A stretch of DNA of 64,000 bases from an uncultured Microcoleus sp. (GCA_964588805.1 CAZPRJ010000002.1:71586-135585); one strand, 5' to 3'; positions 17,599-28,498 are shown, counted from the stretch's first letter. Program-made: numbers and translations. The notes: a model not told the origin generated them from the letters alone.

Positions 17599-18363
17599 CT
17601 AATGTTGATGCCGATAACGGGTAAACTCCGGCCCATAAGCCGCCATGAGATTTTCCGGCAACAGCGCTACATCCGGCGGCCCTTGGCAAATCAGCGAACG
17701 ATTCAGGCAAATCACGCGATCGCAATAGCGCGTCACCATATCCAAATCATGGGAAATTTGTAAAATCGCCCAACCCTGTTCTAACTTAAGCTGATTGAGC
17801 AATAGATAAAATTCCGACTCCCCACGGATATCCAAACCGGCTGGCGCTTCATCCAGAATCAACAACTTGCGCGGACGCACCAAGCAGTATGCCAACAAAA
17901 CTCGCTTGGTTTCGCCACCCGAAAGCCCTCCGAGTGATTGATTCAACAAATGCACCGCATTCACTTGAGCCAGTGCTTGCCGCACATCCCGCTTGCGCTG
18001 GTGACGGTTTGCCCAAGGTAAACGTAAACCCGGTTTATCCCATCCCAAACCTACCAGTTCTGCAACCGTCATCGGAATGCCTCGGTCAAACTGGAAACTC
18101 TGGGGTAAATACGCAATCTGCTGCCGTAGGTGGATGGGCAAATGACCCGAACGGTCAAGAAATCGACCGAGAATCGACACTTCACCCGATTGACGAGGAA
18201 GGATACCCAAAATGGCCTGAACTAAGGTACTTTTTCCTGCCCCGTTCGGCCCAATGATAGCCGTATCCGTACCTGCTTGGAGGGAAAATGAAACATCTTG
18301 AACCGCCGTGTAGGTTCCACGCCTGACTGTTAACTGCTCAACTTCCAATACTGTCTCTATCAA
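17599..18363 (-). CDS. znuC: Metal (Zn/Mn) ABC transporter ATP-binding protein
   Basis: Walker A GPNGAGKST, signature LSGGETKR, Walker B LLILDEA. Confidence 0.85.
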   Translation of the reverse strand: MIETVLEVEQLTVRRGTYTAVQDVSFSLQAGTDTAIIGPNGAGKSTLVQAILGILPRQSGEVSILGRFLDRSGHLPIHLRQQIAYLPQSFQFDRGIPMTVAELVGLGWDKPGLRLPWANRHQRKRDVRQALAQVNAVHLLNQSLGGLSGGETKRVLLAYCLVRPRKLLILDEAPAGLDIRGESEFYLLLNQLKLEQGWAILQISHDLDMVTRYCDRVICLNRSLICQGPPDVALLPENLMAAYGPEFTRYRHQH

Positions 18364-18427
18364 TCCCTACCTCCACCGACTGCAATTCATCTTAATCAGC
18401 ATTTAAATTGCATAATCCCTTCCCCTC

Positions 18428-18512
18428 TGCTCCCCAGCTCCCCAGCTCCCCAGCTCCCCAGCTCCCCTGCCCCCCTGCTCCCCAGCTCCCCAGCTCCCCA
18501 GCTCCCCTGCCT
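18428..18512. repeat. STRR-like tandem octamer array (CTCCCCAG)n in the znuA-znuC spacer
   Basis: About 10 tandem units CCCCAGCT/CCCCTGCT. Confidence 0.9.
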
Positions 18513-18516
18513 CTCC

Positions 18517-19644
18517 TTACCCATGCCATCCGACCGATTGCCCAACCACACCTGTTATCGGTTTAAGGGGCGACCAAATCGGCAAACTCGATTGAGTGGA
18601 CTGAGGCGTGAAGGCTTTTTGCAGGCTTTGCAGATTCTGGCGCATCACTGTGATGTAGTAATCTGGCTGTACACCTTCAGCCCCACTGGTTTCCATGGGG
18701 TCGAAGTAACTCACCTTCACATTGAGGTCTTCCGCCAGTGCCTCGAATGGGTTGCCCGCCGCTTGCGGCTCAGTGAGAAGTGTCTTAAGTTGAGAGTCTT
18801 TGACTACATTCATCACCCGTTTAACATCCTGTGGAGATGGATTTTCCTCAGGGACATCCACTAAATATTCAGCGTTGAGGTTGTACCGTTGGGCAAAGTA
18901 GGACGCAAAATCATGATAGGTAACAAACTCTTGACCTGCATAAGGCTTCAGAGCAGTGGCGATTTCTGTATCCAAGGCTTTGAGTTTATCAATATAGGCC
19001 GCCGCATTCGCAGTATAAGTTTCTTGACCGCTTGGGTCTGCCGCAATCAATCCATCACGAATATTTTCCACTTGTTGAATGGCTCGCTGGGGGTCAAGCC
19101 AAATGTGAGGATTAAATTCTCCGCCATGCTTGTGACCACCTGCCTCAGCTTTTTCGTGGCTGTGTTGCTCACCCTCTGAGTGTTCGTGTCCTTCAACCTC
19201 CTCATTGGAGATAGTCTTGACACCCTTACTGGTATCAATAATCTTCAAATTCTGATTGTTGGCGTTGGCTACTAAATTCTTGAGATACTCTTCTAGCTCC
19301 AAACCATTTTTGACCATGACGTTGGCTTGAGAGAGCATTCGGGCATCCTCTGGCTTGGCCTGATAGTCATGAGGCCCCACATTCGTGGGCAACAAGTACG
19401 TAACTTCTGCTCGATTGCCAGCGACTGCCTTGGTAAAGTTTGTAACGGGTAGAGTTGTTGTCACCACTTTCAATTCGTCCTGTGGTGTGTCCTGAGTTTG
19501 TGGCGTGGCTGCATTCTCAGAGGTATTTGAGCGTGGAGTACAACTACTCAGTCCTATCGCTGACATCACCGCTATAGTGAACACAGATAGTACTCCACGG
19601 TTTGTAAAGCACTCCCTTAAACGTTTAATTCTCTGACGAGGCAT
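18517..19644 (-). CDS. znuA: Metal ABC transporter substrate-binding protein, ZnuA-like with His-rich loop
   Basis: TroA/ZnuA cluster-9 fold; His/acidic loop EGHEHSEGEQHSHEKAEAGGHKHGGE typical of zinc-specific ZnuA; signal peptide. Confidence 0.8.
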   Translation of the reverse strand: MPRQRIKRLRECFTNRGVLSVFTIAVMSAIGLSSCTPRSNTSENAATPQTQDTPQDELKVVTTTLPVTNFTKAVAGNRAEVTYLLPTNVGPHDYQAKPEDARMLSQANVMVKNGLELEEYLKNLVANANNQNLKIIDTSKGVKTISNEEVEGHEHSEGEQHSHEKAEAGGHKHGGEFNPHIWLDPQRAIQQVENIRDGLIAADPSGQETYTANAAAYIDKLKALDTEIATALKPYAGQEFVTYHDFASYFAQRYNLNAEYLVDVPEENPSPQDVKRVMNVVKDSQLKTLLTEPQAAGNPFEALAEDLNVKVSYFDPMETSGAEGVQPDYYITVMRQNLQSLQKAFTPQSTQSSLPIWSPLKPITGVVGQSVGWHG

Positions 19645-19827
19645 AACACTCTCCTAACTTCTTTTGAAAACCAAAGCAATGTACAACCTGGAGAGATGCT
19701 GGCCTCATTGGAGAAAGAGTAATATTCCACCAATGCCTTTAGGCAAAGCCCGAAGCTGTACCTAATCGTCAAAGCTGGAGGCGGCTTTGTCTCCCTGTTG
19801 CAATGCCCTAAGAAATTCAGGCACTGC

Positions 19828-19849
19828 TAATAGTAATGATTCTCATTCC
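19828..19849. promoter_or_regulatory. Palindrome TAATAGTAATGATTCTCATT upstream of znuA (candidate Zur/Fur-type box)
   Basis: AATGA-TTC-TCATT dyad ~185 bp upstream of znuA start; AT-rich, Fur-family-box-like. Confidence 0.25.
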
Positions 19850-20230
19850 AAAAGTCAACTTGCCTTGGTTCTGCCGTACTGATAGCCAGAAGAAAAGGTT
19901 CTCTAAGGCAGGACGTATGCTATGCGCCCCTACATCAACCGAATTTGTTCCACTGTAGGGGCGCAATCTTGACACCTAAAATGTAACTACCTCAAACATT
20001 GTTGCCCTAATATCGACAGAACCTGCTTGATTCGATCAAAGAAGCATTCGGTGAAGAGGGGCTGAATCGCTGGTTGGAAATCAGAACTCGCCAGCAAATT
20101 GCAGACTATTAACTCTTAAGGTATCAAAGGCAACGAATATTTCTTTGAGCTTATCTTTTTGCCTGTCATTTTGTGGTCATTTTTTGTCCTTATATTCATA
20201 CTTGTTCCTCAACAGTCTAAGGACTAAACC

Positions 20231-20524
20231 ATGAAACGCCTCACAACATTAACGTTAGTTGCTGTCGGAGTTTTGTCTACCATCGCTCTACCACTGATGA
20301 GCCGTGCACAGTCAACCTACACGGGAACAGTTGAGCGGGTGTGGGAAGATGGATTTCGCTTGAACACGGGCGATCGCACCCTGAAGGTTGATACATGGGA
20401 TCTCTACGGTGACAACACGCCCCAGCACGTTAAAACAGGCGATCGCGTAACAATCTCCGGAGAATTTGACGATGGCGAATTTGATGCCTCTTCTATCACC
20501 AATGCTGCCACCTCCACACGTTAA
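20231..20524 (+). CDS. Small secreted hypothetical protein
   Basis: 97 aa, N-terminal signal peptide. Confidence 0.4.
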   Translation: MKRLTTLTLVAVGVLSTIALPLMSRAQSTYTGTVERVWEDGFRLNTGDRTLKVDTWDLYGDNTPQHVKTGDRVTISGEFDDGEFDASSITNAATSTR

Positions 20525-20611
20525 ACTCGGTTTCTAAAGGTGTTTTGTGGACTGTGGAAAGCAGAAAAAATCCACAGTTCACATCAGATACTCTTGCCAA
20601 CGCCAGAGGAT

Positions 20612-21289
20612 ATGCGAATCTTGCTCGTCGAAGACGATCCAGAACAAATTGAACCCCTCCACGCTGCCTTGACTCGCTCAGGACATATCGTAGATGCTGT
20701 GGAAGATGGCACAACCGCCCGATGGCTGATGGGCGAAAAAGACTATGACTTGCTCATCTTGGACTGGATGTTGCCCGGTGAGGATGGTATCGTTCTGTGT
20801 CAGCAGTATCGTCAGGCAGGAAAAGCCGCTCCTATTCTGATGCTGACGGCAAAGGATACTACTGCCGATAAGGTGATGGGGCTAGATGCTGGCGCTGATG
20901 ATTATCTTGTCAAACCTGTGGATATTCAAGAACTGCTGGCACGGGTGAGAGCACTGCGGCGGCGAGCTCCCCTTTGGTGCGGTGACGTGTTGCAAGTCAG
21001 CGATTTATCCCTGCATCTCGACACTATGCGCGTAGAACGGGGAACCGTTAGCCTGAAACTGGCAAGCCGTGATTTTCAACTCCTAGAGTACATGATGCGC
21101 CATCCCCACCAAATTCTCACTCACGATCAAATCGAACAGGCACTGTGGGAGTGGGGAGAGGAACCCGAAAGTAATGCTGTAACTGCTCGCATTAGACGCC
21201 TGCGCCAACGGTTGCGCGAAATAGGTGTAGATAGTTGGATTGAAACCGTCTACGGCACAGGCTATCGTCTTGAACCCCCCTCTGCTTGA
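20612..21289 (+). CDS. OmpR-family response regulator
   Basis: Receiver (MRILLVEDD...DLLILDWMLPGEDG) plus winged-helix C-terminus; start taken at MRIL. Confidence 0.9.
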   Translation: MRILLVEDDPEQIEPLHAALTRSGHIVDAVEDGTTARWLMGEKDYDLLILDWMLPGEDGIVLCQQYRQAGKAAPILMLTAKDTTADKVMGLDAGADDYLVKPVDIQELLARVRALRRRAPLWCGDVLQVSDLSLHLDTMRVERGTVSLKLASRDFQLLEYMMRHPHQILTHDQIEQALWEWGEEPESNAVTARIRRLRQRLREIGVDSWIETVYGTGYRLEPPSA

Positions 21290-22750
21290 GTGATGACTCA
21301 TCCCGTTTCTGTTTTTCATCAACGCTGGCAAACACTCCCGATTCGAGTGCGAGGAACAGCAATTATTGTGATTCCGGTGACGTGTTTATTTATGGCGTTG
21401 TCGGCATTTGCTTGGTTGAAAGCCAGCTTAGTGGAAGATGAAACCTGGGTGCAACACACTCAAATTGTGCGTTTAGAAACAAAACGTCTCCTGAATGCCT
21501 TGATTGATGCTGAAACAGGAGTTCGAGGTTATGGATTGACTCAACGAGATGAATTTTTGGCTCCTTACAACCAGGCTAAAGCAATTATTCCTAAATCCTT
21601 GGAGCGATTAGAACAACTGGTACAAGACAATCCTCAACAAACGCAACGAATACAGGATATTCGTACACGAGTTGATGAAAATCTCCGGATTTTCCGACAG
21701 AAATTAACTCTACAACAAGAACTAAAACGAATTCGGGGACAAACGGATATTTTAGTTCCTGCTGCCTCTCTTTATGACTGGTTAGAGGAAGGAAAAGCGA
21801 CGATGGATGCCGCTCGTTTAGAAATCGATCGCTTCGCCCAAACTGAGGAAGAATTATTACTACAACGCCGACAACATCAAGACTTTTATCGACAAATTAC
21901 CTGGATTGTATTGTGTGTTTTTGGTGCGATCGGAACGCTGGGTGCCTTGTTTGCCGTTCACCTTTTCTATCAATTGGAACGAGAGTTAGCCAATCGAGAA
22001 GAACACTTGCGTCAAACGAATCAACGTCTGGAAATCGTCTGCGAACAACTGCAACGATTTACCGCCAATGCCTCTCATGAACTGCGAGCGCCCTTAGCGG
22101 CAGTATTGAGCAATGCTCAGGTGGGATTGATGGATCTCGATGACTTAGAAGAGGTGCCAATTCCACTGCGCCAACGACTTGAGAAGATTGTCAACCTTAC
22201 TAAACAGATGAGTTCACTGGTGAGTGAATTGTTATTTTTGGCACGACATGAAGGATTGTTGGCTCCTGATGCACTCCAATGTGTTGAACTCACTGATTTA
22301 TTACGCAGTGTAATCTCAGATTGGCTACCATCAGCTAAAACCCATCATCTCACGCTGACGAGTCAGTTACCCAAAATGGCGGTTGAAGTAAATGCGGATG
22401 CTAATTTGTTGCGACAAGCGATCGCAAATCTCCTAAGTAATGCCTGCCGCTATACACCCGCCGGAGGCATCATCGAACTACGTCTACTCACTCACACAGA
22501 GCAAGCCTTAATTCAAGTTGAAGATACCGGAATCGGTATTCCAGCAGAGGCTCTACCTCATGTGTTTGAACGGTTTTACCGAGTTGATTCCAAGCGTTCT
22601 AAAGCCTCCGGTGGCTTTGGGTTAGGATTAGCGATCGCTCAACAGATTGTTCAGGCTCATGGGGGACACATCAGCGTTATCAGTACGCTTGGACAAGGTT
22701 CGACGTTTCAAATTTCTCTACCCCTCAAGCAAGGGATTCGCTCAATTTGA
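21290..22750 (+). CDS. Sensor histidine kinase with CHASE3 domain
   Basis: CHASE3-like periplasmic region ([16 protein letters not shown]), TM, HisKA H-box [10 protein letters not shown], HATPase_c; start abuts the RR stop. Confidence 0.9.
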   Translation: MMTHPVSVFHQRWQTLPIRVRGTAIIVIPVTCLFMALSAFAWLKASLVEDETWVQHTQIVRLETKRLLNALIDAETGVRGYGLTQRDEFLAPYNQAKAIIPKSLERLEQLVQDNPQQTQRIQDIRTRVDENLRIFRQKLTLQQELKRIRGQTDILVPAASLYDWLEEGKATMDAARLEIDRFAQTEEELLLQRRQHQDFYRQITWIVLCVFGAIGTLGALFAVHLFYQLERELANREEHLRQTNQRLEIVCEQLQRFTANASHELRAPLAAVLSNAQVGLMDLDDLEEVPIPLRQRLEKIVNLTKQMSSLVSELLFLARHEGLLAPDALQCVELTDLLRSVISDWLPSAKTHHLTLTSQLPKMAVEVNADANLLRQAIANLLSNACRYTPAGGIIELRLLTHTEQALIQVEDTGIGIPAEALPHVFERFYRVDSKRSKASGGFGLGLAIAQQIVQAHGGHISVISTLGQGSTFQISLPLKQGIRSI

Positions 22751-22801
22751 CTTTTTTGGAATTGGTCATTTTGAATTCCTCAAAGGGATTAACAAATTAA
22801 A

Positions 22802-24058
22802 TTAAAGCTGTTTTTCAATCGCATCACATGCAACACCAACACTATTTTCTGCCTGAATAATACGTCCAATTTCTGCTGCTTGATTTGCATAGTTGCAATT
22901 TTCTAACAACTCACGTAACTCATGAACTACCCGTGACGATGAATACTGCTTACGGGGAATCGTGCGAGATGTTTTCAATCGTTCGACTCGTGCTGCATTG
23001 TCTGGCTGGTCATGGCTGTAGGGCATCACAAGCGTTGGATGACCTGCTCGTAAGGCTTGAGCCGTTGTGCCAATGCCGCCTTGATGGACAATTGCACAAG
23101 CATAAGGAAAAATTTGGGAGTATGGCACATAACTAACAGCCAAAAGGTCTTTTGAAAGATTTTCTGGCGGTATATTTTTGCCCATTAATAACACAGCACG
23201 ATGATTTAACTGCTTTGCTGCTTGAATGCTTTCTTGATAAAAATTACCTGGAGCCATCACGGCTGCTGAACCAAGAGTGAAAATAATCGGCGGTTCACCT
23301 GAATCCAAAAACTGCTTAAGTTCTGGTGTGAGTTCTGTTTTGTCTTTGCTGCCATCATAGAATGCAAACCCTGTAACAACTGTATTTGCTGGCCAGTCTG
23401 GTTGAGGCTTTGCGAATGCTGACGAGAACATGGCCAGTACAAGGAAGGGAGAATACTTATCATCAATGAAGGGACTGCCAACCAGTGGAGGCAATTCGAG
23501 TTCACGCCGAAGTTGATGAATTGGTTCCGCCCAAGATTTAGAAACTACTTTTGATAATTTAATAATGCCTCGATTAACGATAGAACCCAGTCCGCGTAGT
23601 TTAGAGAGAAATGGAAATACAGGGATTACTGATGGGTCGTAAACCGATAAAAATGAAGTGGGTTGTAAGACAGCAAATGCCCACGGAATCCCTAGTTTTT
23701 CTGCTACTAAGCGAGCCGCTACGACTCCTTCACCGGCAAGGATGAAATCTGCATCTTTTGCACTGTTGATTAAATCTGTGTAGGTTTCACGTAAATTCGC
23801 ACAAACCCAATTTTGGATGACATACTCCGTACCTGTTTTCAAATCCATCATTCGCGCCATTTCTTGAGGGTCGCTTAAAGCGGTGTTATCAGGGCGCATT
23901 CGATGGAACTCAAATCCTAAAGCTTCAATTTTTTTTTGATATTCTTTGTGGGTTGCAAACACGATATCGTGGCCACGCTTTCGTAGTTCAAGCGCGATCG
24001 CAATTTTGGGATGAAGATCGCCTAATGAACCAATCGTAGTTACAACAATTCGACTCAC
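22802..24058 (-). CDS. GT1-family UDP-glycosyltransferase (MGT/sterol-glucosyltransferase-like)
   Basis: N-terminal GT28-like GSLGDLHP motif; C-terminal UDP-sugar binding HQGGIGTTAQALRAGHPTLVMPYSHDQPDNA. Confidence 0.8.
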   Translation of the reverse strand: MSRIVVTTIGSLGDLHPKIAIALELRKRGHDIVFATHKEYQKKIEALGFEFHRMRPDNTALSDPQEMARMMDLKTGTEYVIQNWVCANLRETYTDLINSAKDADFILAGEGVVAARLVAEKLGIPWAFAVLQPTSFLSVYDPSVIPVFPFLSKLRGLGSIVNRGIIKLSKVVSKSWAEPIHQLRRELELPPLVGSPFIDDKYSPFLVLAMFSSAFAKPQPDWPANTVVTGFAFYDGSKDKTELTPELKQFLDSGEPPIIFTLGSAAVMAPGNFYQESIQAAKQLNHRAVLLMGKNIPPENLSKDLLAVSYVPYSQIFPYACAIVHQGGIGTTAQALRAGHPTLVMPYSHDQPDNAARVERLKTSRTIPRKQYSSSRVVHELRELLENCNYANQAAEIGRIIQAENSVGVACDAIEKQL

Positions 24059-24270
24059 AATCTTACCTCACGATTTTCATCAGCTTAACTCGCTAATGAT
24101 ATTGACAAAATCATCGCCCTTGTGGAATGAAATAGCCCTGCCCTGATCAAAGGGGATTTAGAGAGTCAACGAAATTTCACAAGATACAGAATTAATAGAG
24201 ATTTAGAGATAAAATCTTAAAAACATCAAATTCTCTGGTGCTTTGCCGCTCTTAATTCTAGCCCTAAAAA

Positions 24271-25443
24271 ATGTCCATTGAAGTTGACTATCGCTTCCCT
24301 CGAGGTATTGATGCCCAAAAACAAGCTAAAGTAATTGCAGTCGGGCAAACAGCAGGCACTTGGGATGCACGTTTTGCTCATCGGGAGGAGATGTTGCGAT
24401 CGCATCTTGCGGAAGTAGTCAAAGGGGTAACTCAACCGGATGGTTCTAGCATCGCCACAATCCGTTTTCCCCAAGCCAATGTAGAGAATGACATTTCTAG
24501 CCTCCTCACCATGATTTTCGGCAAATATTCAATGGCAGGGGCGGCAAAAGTCATGGCGGTGCGTCTCCCCCAAGACTACGGCAGGCGTCCCAAACTTGGC
24601 ATCACAGGCATTCGGGAACAGTTGGGCGTATTTGACCGCCCTCTAATTATGGCAATTTTTAAGCCAGCTTTAGGACTGTCGGCCGATGACCATGCAACAA
24701 TTTTGCACGAAGTGGCCAATGCAGGGCTAGACATTATTAAAGATGATGAAATTATGGGGGATTTAGAGGTTGCCCCGACCTTGAAGCGTTTGCAAGCTTG
24801 CCGTAAAGTCCTTGATGAAGTCAAGCAACAAACCGGGCGAACTGTCCTCTATGCTGTTAATGTAACCGGTGCGGCGGATAAGTTAATTGAAAAAGCTCGT
24901 CTTTTGGTGCGAGAAGGGGCTAATGCCCTCTTGCTTAATGTCTTAACTTATGGTTACTCAGTACTAGAAGCCCTAGCCGCAGATGCAGAGATTAATGTAC
25001 CCATTTTTGTGCATCCTGCCTTTGCTGGTGCGATGTGTGCTGCACCTGACTATGGGATGGCTTACTCGGTGGTACTCGGAACCTTGATGGCACATGGGGG
25101 AGCAGATGCGGTACTGTATCCTGCCCATTATGGGAGTTTGCCGTTTGACTCAGCAGAAGAAGTGCGAATTCGGGACAATTTGCGATCGCGTAATGTCTTC
25201 CCAGTACCCTCTGCTGGCATTCATCCCGGTATTGTCCCCCAAGCTTTAGCCGATTACGGCCAGGATGTAATTCTCAACGCCGGAACTGGGATTATGGATC
25301 ATCCTGATGGGCCTGCCGCAGGAGTTAAGGCGTTCTTTGAGGCATTAGAACGGGTGCAGGATGGCGAATCTTTGGCACTGGATACCCTATCTTATGGCGC
25401 ACTGCGCCGTGCAATTGAGAAATGGGGATTAAGTGCGAATTAA
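24271..25443 (+). CDS. RuBisCO-like protein (form IV RLP)
   Basis: 390 aa, too short for a bona fide large subunit; contains GLDIIKDDE, the counterpart of the RuBisCO GGLDFTKDDE carbamyl-Lys motif; no rbcS nearby. Confidence 0.6.
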   Translation: MSIEVDYRFPRGIDAQKQAKVIAVGQTAGTWDARFAHREEMLRSHLAEVVKGVTQPDGSSIATIRFPQANVENDISSLLTMIFGKYSMAGAAKVMAVRLPQDYGRRPKLGITGIREQLGVFDRPLIMAIFKPALGLSADDHATILHEVANAGLDIIKDDEIMGDLEVAPTLKRLQACRKVLDEVKQQTGRTVLYAVNVTGAADKLIEKARLLVREGANALLLNVLTYGYSVLEALAADAEINVPIFVHPAFAGAMCAAPDYGMAYSVVLGTLMAHGGADAVLYPAHYGSLPFDSAEEVRIRDNLRSRNVFPVPSAGIHPGIVPQALADYGQDVILNAGTGIMDHPDGPAAGVKAFFEALERVQDGESLALDTLSYGALRRAIEKWGLSAN

Positions 25444-25933
25444 CTCATTCTTCGCTGCTCAAAGTGGTGTAGTTGAAGTGTTATTTATGCCTTGAATTAC
25501 CTTTAAACACGGCTAAAATTGGTTTTGCTATTCATAAAAATTTAATTTTTTATTTATCTATGCTGATACCAGAGGTTTAAAGAGTTATCCTTAAAATTCC
25601 TACTTTTTTAAGGTTTTCACTTCATAATCAATAATATAGAAATATACAACTAAATTTATATCAAGCAAGGTTAATTGATTAAAACTCATAATTGCAAATT
25701 TGTGCTCTAGAATACGAACTAAATTCCAAAGAAAATTACAGTCTTATATAATATCGAGTAACTTGAGGCAGAACTTGCACTCAATCTAATGGAGTATTCT
25801 TACATAGGCTACTCACAAAGTGTTTTTCTTCTTCCTTAAGGCATGAATGCTTAAGTCCTATAATGTGTGTTTTTTTAAGTCCTAATCCCTAGGACTCGAT
25901 CGATTCACCTTTGAACGCTCAACTAAAGAACGT

Positions 25934-26587
25934 ATGTCTACTACAGGGTTTCTATCAGACTTGTCCTTGCTAGAGATTTTTCAGTTTATTGATAAAGGGC
26001 ATAAAACGGGCTTATTAACGCTTCGTGCTTTACCCGAATCGGAATCATTACTAACGTTGCCTTATTACATTTGGGTAGATAAAGGATGTATTGTTGCGGC
26101 CGCTAATCGTTTGGATCAGCAAGGGTTAGTGTCTTTAATCAAGCAATTTCACATGGTTAGCGATCGCGTATTTGACAAGTTAGTTCATTTGTACTGCCCC
26201 ATTGATAAGCCTCTGGGTTTGTACCTGAAAAATCAGGGACTTTTAAAGGCGTATCAACTTAAACATTTATTCCAGATTCAGGTATTGCAGCCAGTCTTCA
26301 CATTATTTCAACTTAATGAAGGCCAATTTAAGTTTGACCCTCATACGCAACCACCAGCCTCAGAAATGACAGGTTGGAGTGTACCGATCATGGCGCTTAA
26401 TCGATACAGTTGGGTTCAGCTACTTTTGCAGGAAATTGACAACTATTGTTTAAACTTAAAAGCCTTACCTTCTAATCATTTGGATGAAGTTCCGTTAGAT
26501 TCGCTCGATAGTTACTTTTCGTCTTCTTCCATAACACCCAAGCCTGTCCCAAAAAAGTTTGGAACTGAGCATTCATCTAAAATTTAG
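25934..26587 (+). CDS. DUF4388 domain protein
   Basis: N-terminal GFLSDLSLLEIFQFIDKGHKTGLLTL matches the DUF4388 pattern. Confidence 0.5.
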   Translation: MSTTGFLSDLSLLEIFQFIDKGHKTGLLTLRALPESESLLTLPYYIWVDKGCIVAAANRLDQQGLVSLIKQFHMVSDRVFDKLVHLYCPIDKPLGLYLKNQGLLKAYQLKHLFQIQVLQPVFTLFQLNEGQFKFDPHTQPPASEMTGWSVPIMALNRYSWVQLLLQEIDNYCLNLKALPSNHLDEVPLDSLDSYFSSSSITPKPVPKKFGTEHSSKI

Positions 26588-26591
26588 AATT

Positions 26592-27476
26592 TTAATGAAT
26601 CACTTGCTCAACTACCCCTAAAAACCGTTGTAATATTGGCGATAAATCGTCTTTGCGCCAGATCATCGTCATTTCGGCTTGCGGGGTGGGTTCTTGCACA
26701 GGTTTGTAAACCACCCCGATGCGTTGCAAATTTTGTAAAGAGGAGGGTACAAGAGCAACACCCATTCCGGCTGCAACCAGACTGATAATCGTCTGCATCT
26801 GCAACCCTGCTTCTTGAGTAACATGGGGGCTGAAACCTGCCTGCTGACAAAAACTGATGATTTGGTCATACAATCCAGGTGCTTGCGATCGCGAAAACAA
26901 AACAAACGGTTCATTCGCTAGCGATCGCACAGACACTTCCTCCCGATCTGTTAACGGATGCCCATCTGGCAATGCTACAACGAAAGACTCTTGAAATACA
27001 GTTTTGGCATGATAGTGCCGGATATCAACAGGTGGACGCACAAATCCTACATCAATTCGGCCTGTTTCTAACCACTGCAACTGACGCACCGTTGTCAGTT
27101 CCAACAATTCCAGGCGAACGGACTGAACCTCAGCCCGAAAGGTTTGCAAAATAGATGGAAGTACATTGTACGCAGAAGAACTGGCAAAACCGATGACCAA
27201 TTGCCCCAATTCCCCTCGGCTAATTTGCCGTCCGATTTGAACGGCTTGTTCAAGTTGTTGTAATATTTGTCGGCATTCTTTCAGGAACTCTTTTCCCGCC
27301 TCGGTTAGCTGTACCGTGCGACTCGTGCGGTTAAATAATTGAAATCCTAACTCAGCTTCCAGTTGACGGATTTGCTGACTCAATGGCGGTTGAGCGATAT
27401 GCAACCGTTCTGCAGCACGTCCGAAATGCAATTCCTCTGCCACCGTGATGAAATAACGCAGATGTCGCAGTTCCAT
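26592..27476 (-). CDS. LysR-family transcriptional regulator
   Basis: N-terminal HTH MELRHLRYFITVAEELHFGRAAERLHIAQPPLSQQIRQLE plus LysR substrate-binding domain. Confidence 0.9.
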   Translation of the reverse strand: MELRHLRYFITVAEELHFGRAAERLHIAQPPLSQQIRQLEAELGFQLFNRTSRTVQLTEAGKEFLKECRQILQQLEQAVQIGRQISRGELGQLVIGFASSSAYNVLPSILQTFRAEVQSVRLELLELTTVRQLQWLETGRIDVGFVRPPVDIRHYHAKTVFQESFVVALPDGHPLTDREEVSVRSLANEPFVLFSRSQAPGLYDQIISFCQQAGFSPHVTQEAGLQMQTIISLVAAGMGVALVPSSLQNLQRIGVVYKPVQEPTPQAEMTMIWRKDDLSPILQRFLGVVEQVIH

Positions 27477-27733
27477 CTATTAATATATTTTAGATATCGT
27501 TTAATAGTGAAGAATATATTGGACTTTTATAATAACCTCTTTTATTGTGGTGATATCAAGTTAGTTTGAATACCTTGAGTGGCAAATAACGTTTTCAATT
27601 TCATTAAATAGCGCTACATTTATACCCCCCCTGATTAAAGGGGGAACAACAAAGGTATCTGTAATAAGCATTTAGTGAATTGGTATTAGACGAGCTTGAT
27701 TGAACTCACTCAACCACTGATTTAAGTTTTTCT

Positions 27734-28498
27734 ATGCTGATTAATACTTGGAATGCAGCCCTCTATGAGGGCAAACACGGCTTTGTCTGGGAATATGGGA
27801 AAGATTTGCTAGAATTGCTCTCGCCTCGTCCCAATGAGCAGATTTTAGATTTAGGTTGCGGTACAGGGCAGTTAACCGATGCGATCGCGCAAACGGGGGC
27901 AACGGTAACAGGTATTGATGCCGATCCCAGCATGGTTGCAAAAGCCCAGCAAAACTATCCTCATCTTCATTTTGCCGTAGCTGATGCCAGAGATTTTCAA
28001 CTCGCTCAACCCTTCGATGCAGTCTTTTCTAATGCTGTGCTGCACTGGATTCCAGAGGTGGATGCTGTACTGCGGTGTGTGTATCAAGCACTCAAATCAG
28101 GTGGACGATTTGTTGCTGAGTTTGGCGGCAAGGGAAATATCAAAGCGATGACGAATGCTTTGCAAGAGGTGTTGGCCGAATTGGGCTTACCTAATTCTTA
28201 TGCCATGAATCCCTGGTATTTTCCCAGTATTGGCGAATATGCTACCTGTTTGGAGCAACAAGGATTTGAAGTTGGGTATGCGGTATTGTTCGATCGCCCG
28301 ACACCGTTAGAAGATGGAGAACAGGGCATGGCCAACTGGATGCGAATGTTTGCCAGTCGGTATTTGCAAGAATTTTCTGCTCATCAGCAATTGCAAATAT
28401 TACAAGCAATCGAAGCACGGTTGAAAAACTCGTTGTATCGAGATGGAATTTGGACGGCTGACTATCGCCGTATACGAGTTGTGGCATTGAAGCCCTAA
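27734..28498 (+). CDS. Class I SAM-dependent methyltransferase (Tam-like)
   Basis: SAM motif ILDLGCGTGQLT; divergent from the LysR gene. Confidence 0.85.
   Translation: MLINTWNAALYEGKHGFVWEYGKDLLELLSPRPNEQILDLGCGTGQLTDAIAQTGATVTGIDADPSMVAKAQQNYPHLHFAVADARDFQLAQPFDAVFSNAVLHWIPEVDAVLRCVYQALKSGGRFVAEFGGKGNIKAMTNALQEVLAELGLPNSYAMNPWYFPSIGEYATCLEQQGFEVGYAVLFDRPTPLEDGEQGMANWMRMFASRYLQEFSAHQQLQILQAIEARLKNSLYRDGIWTADYRRIRVVALKP

Noticed and set aside
18428-18512. Possible CRISPR array (also the repeat tracts at 29338-29548, 41471-41501 and 63238-63310)
   Set aside because: Units are 7-8 bp tandem repeats with no spacers and no cas genes; they fit cyanobacterial STRR-type short tandem repeats, not CRISPR.
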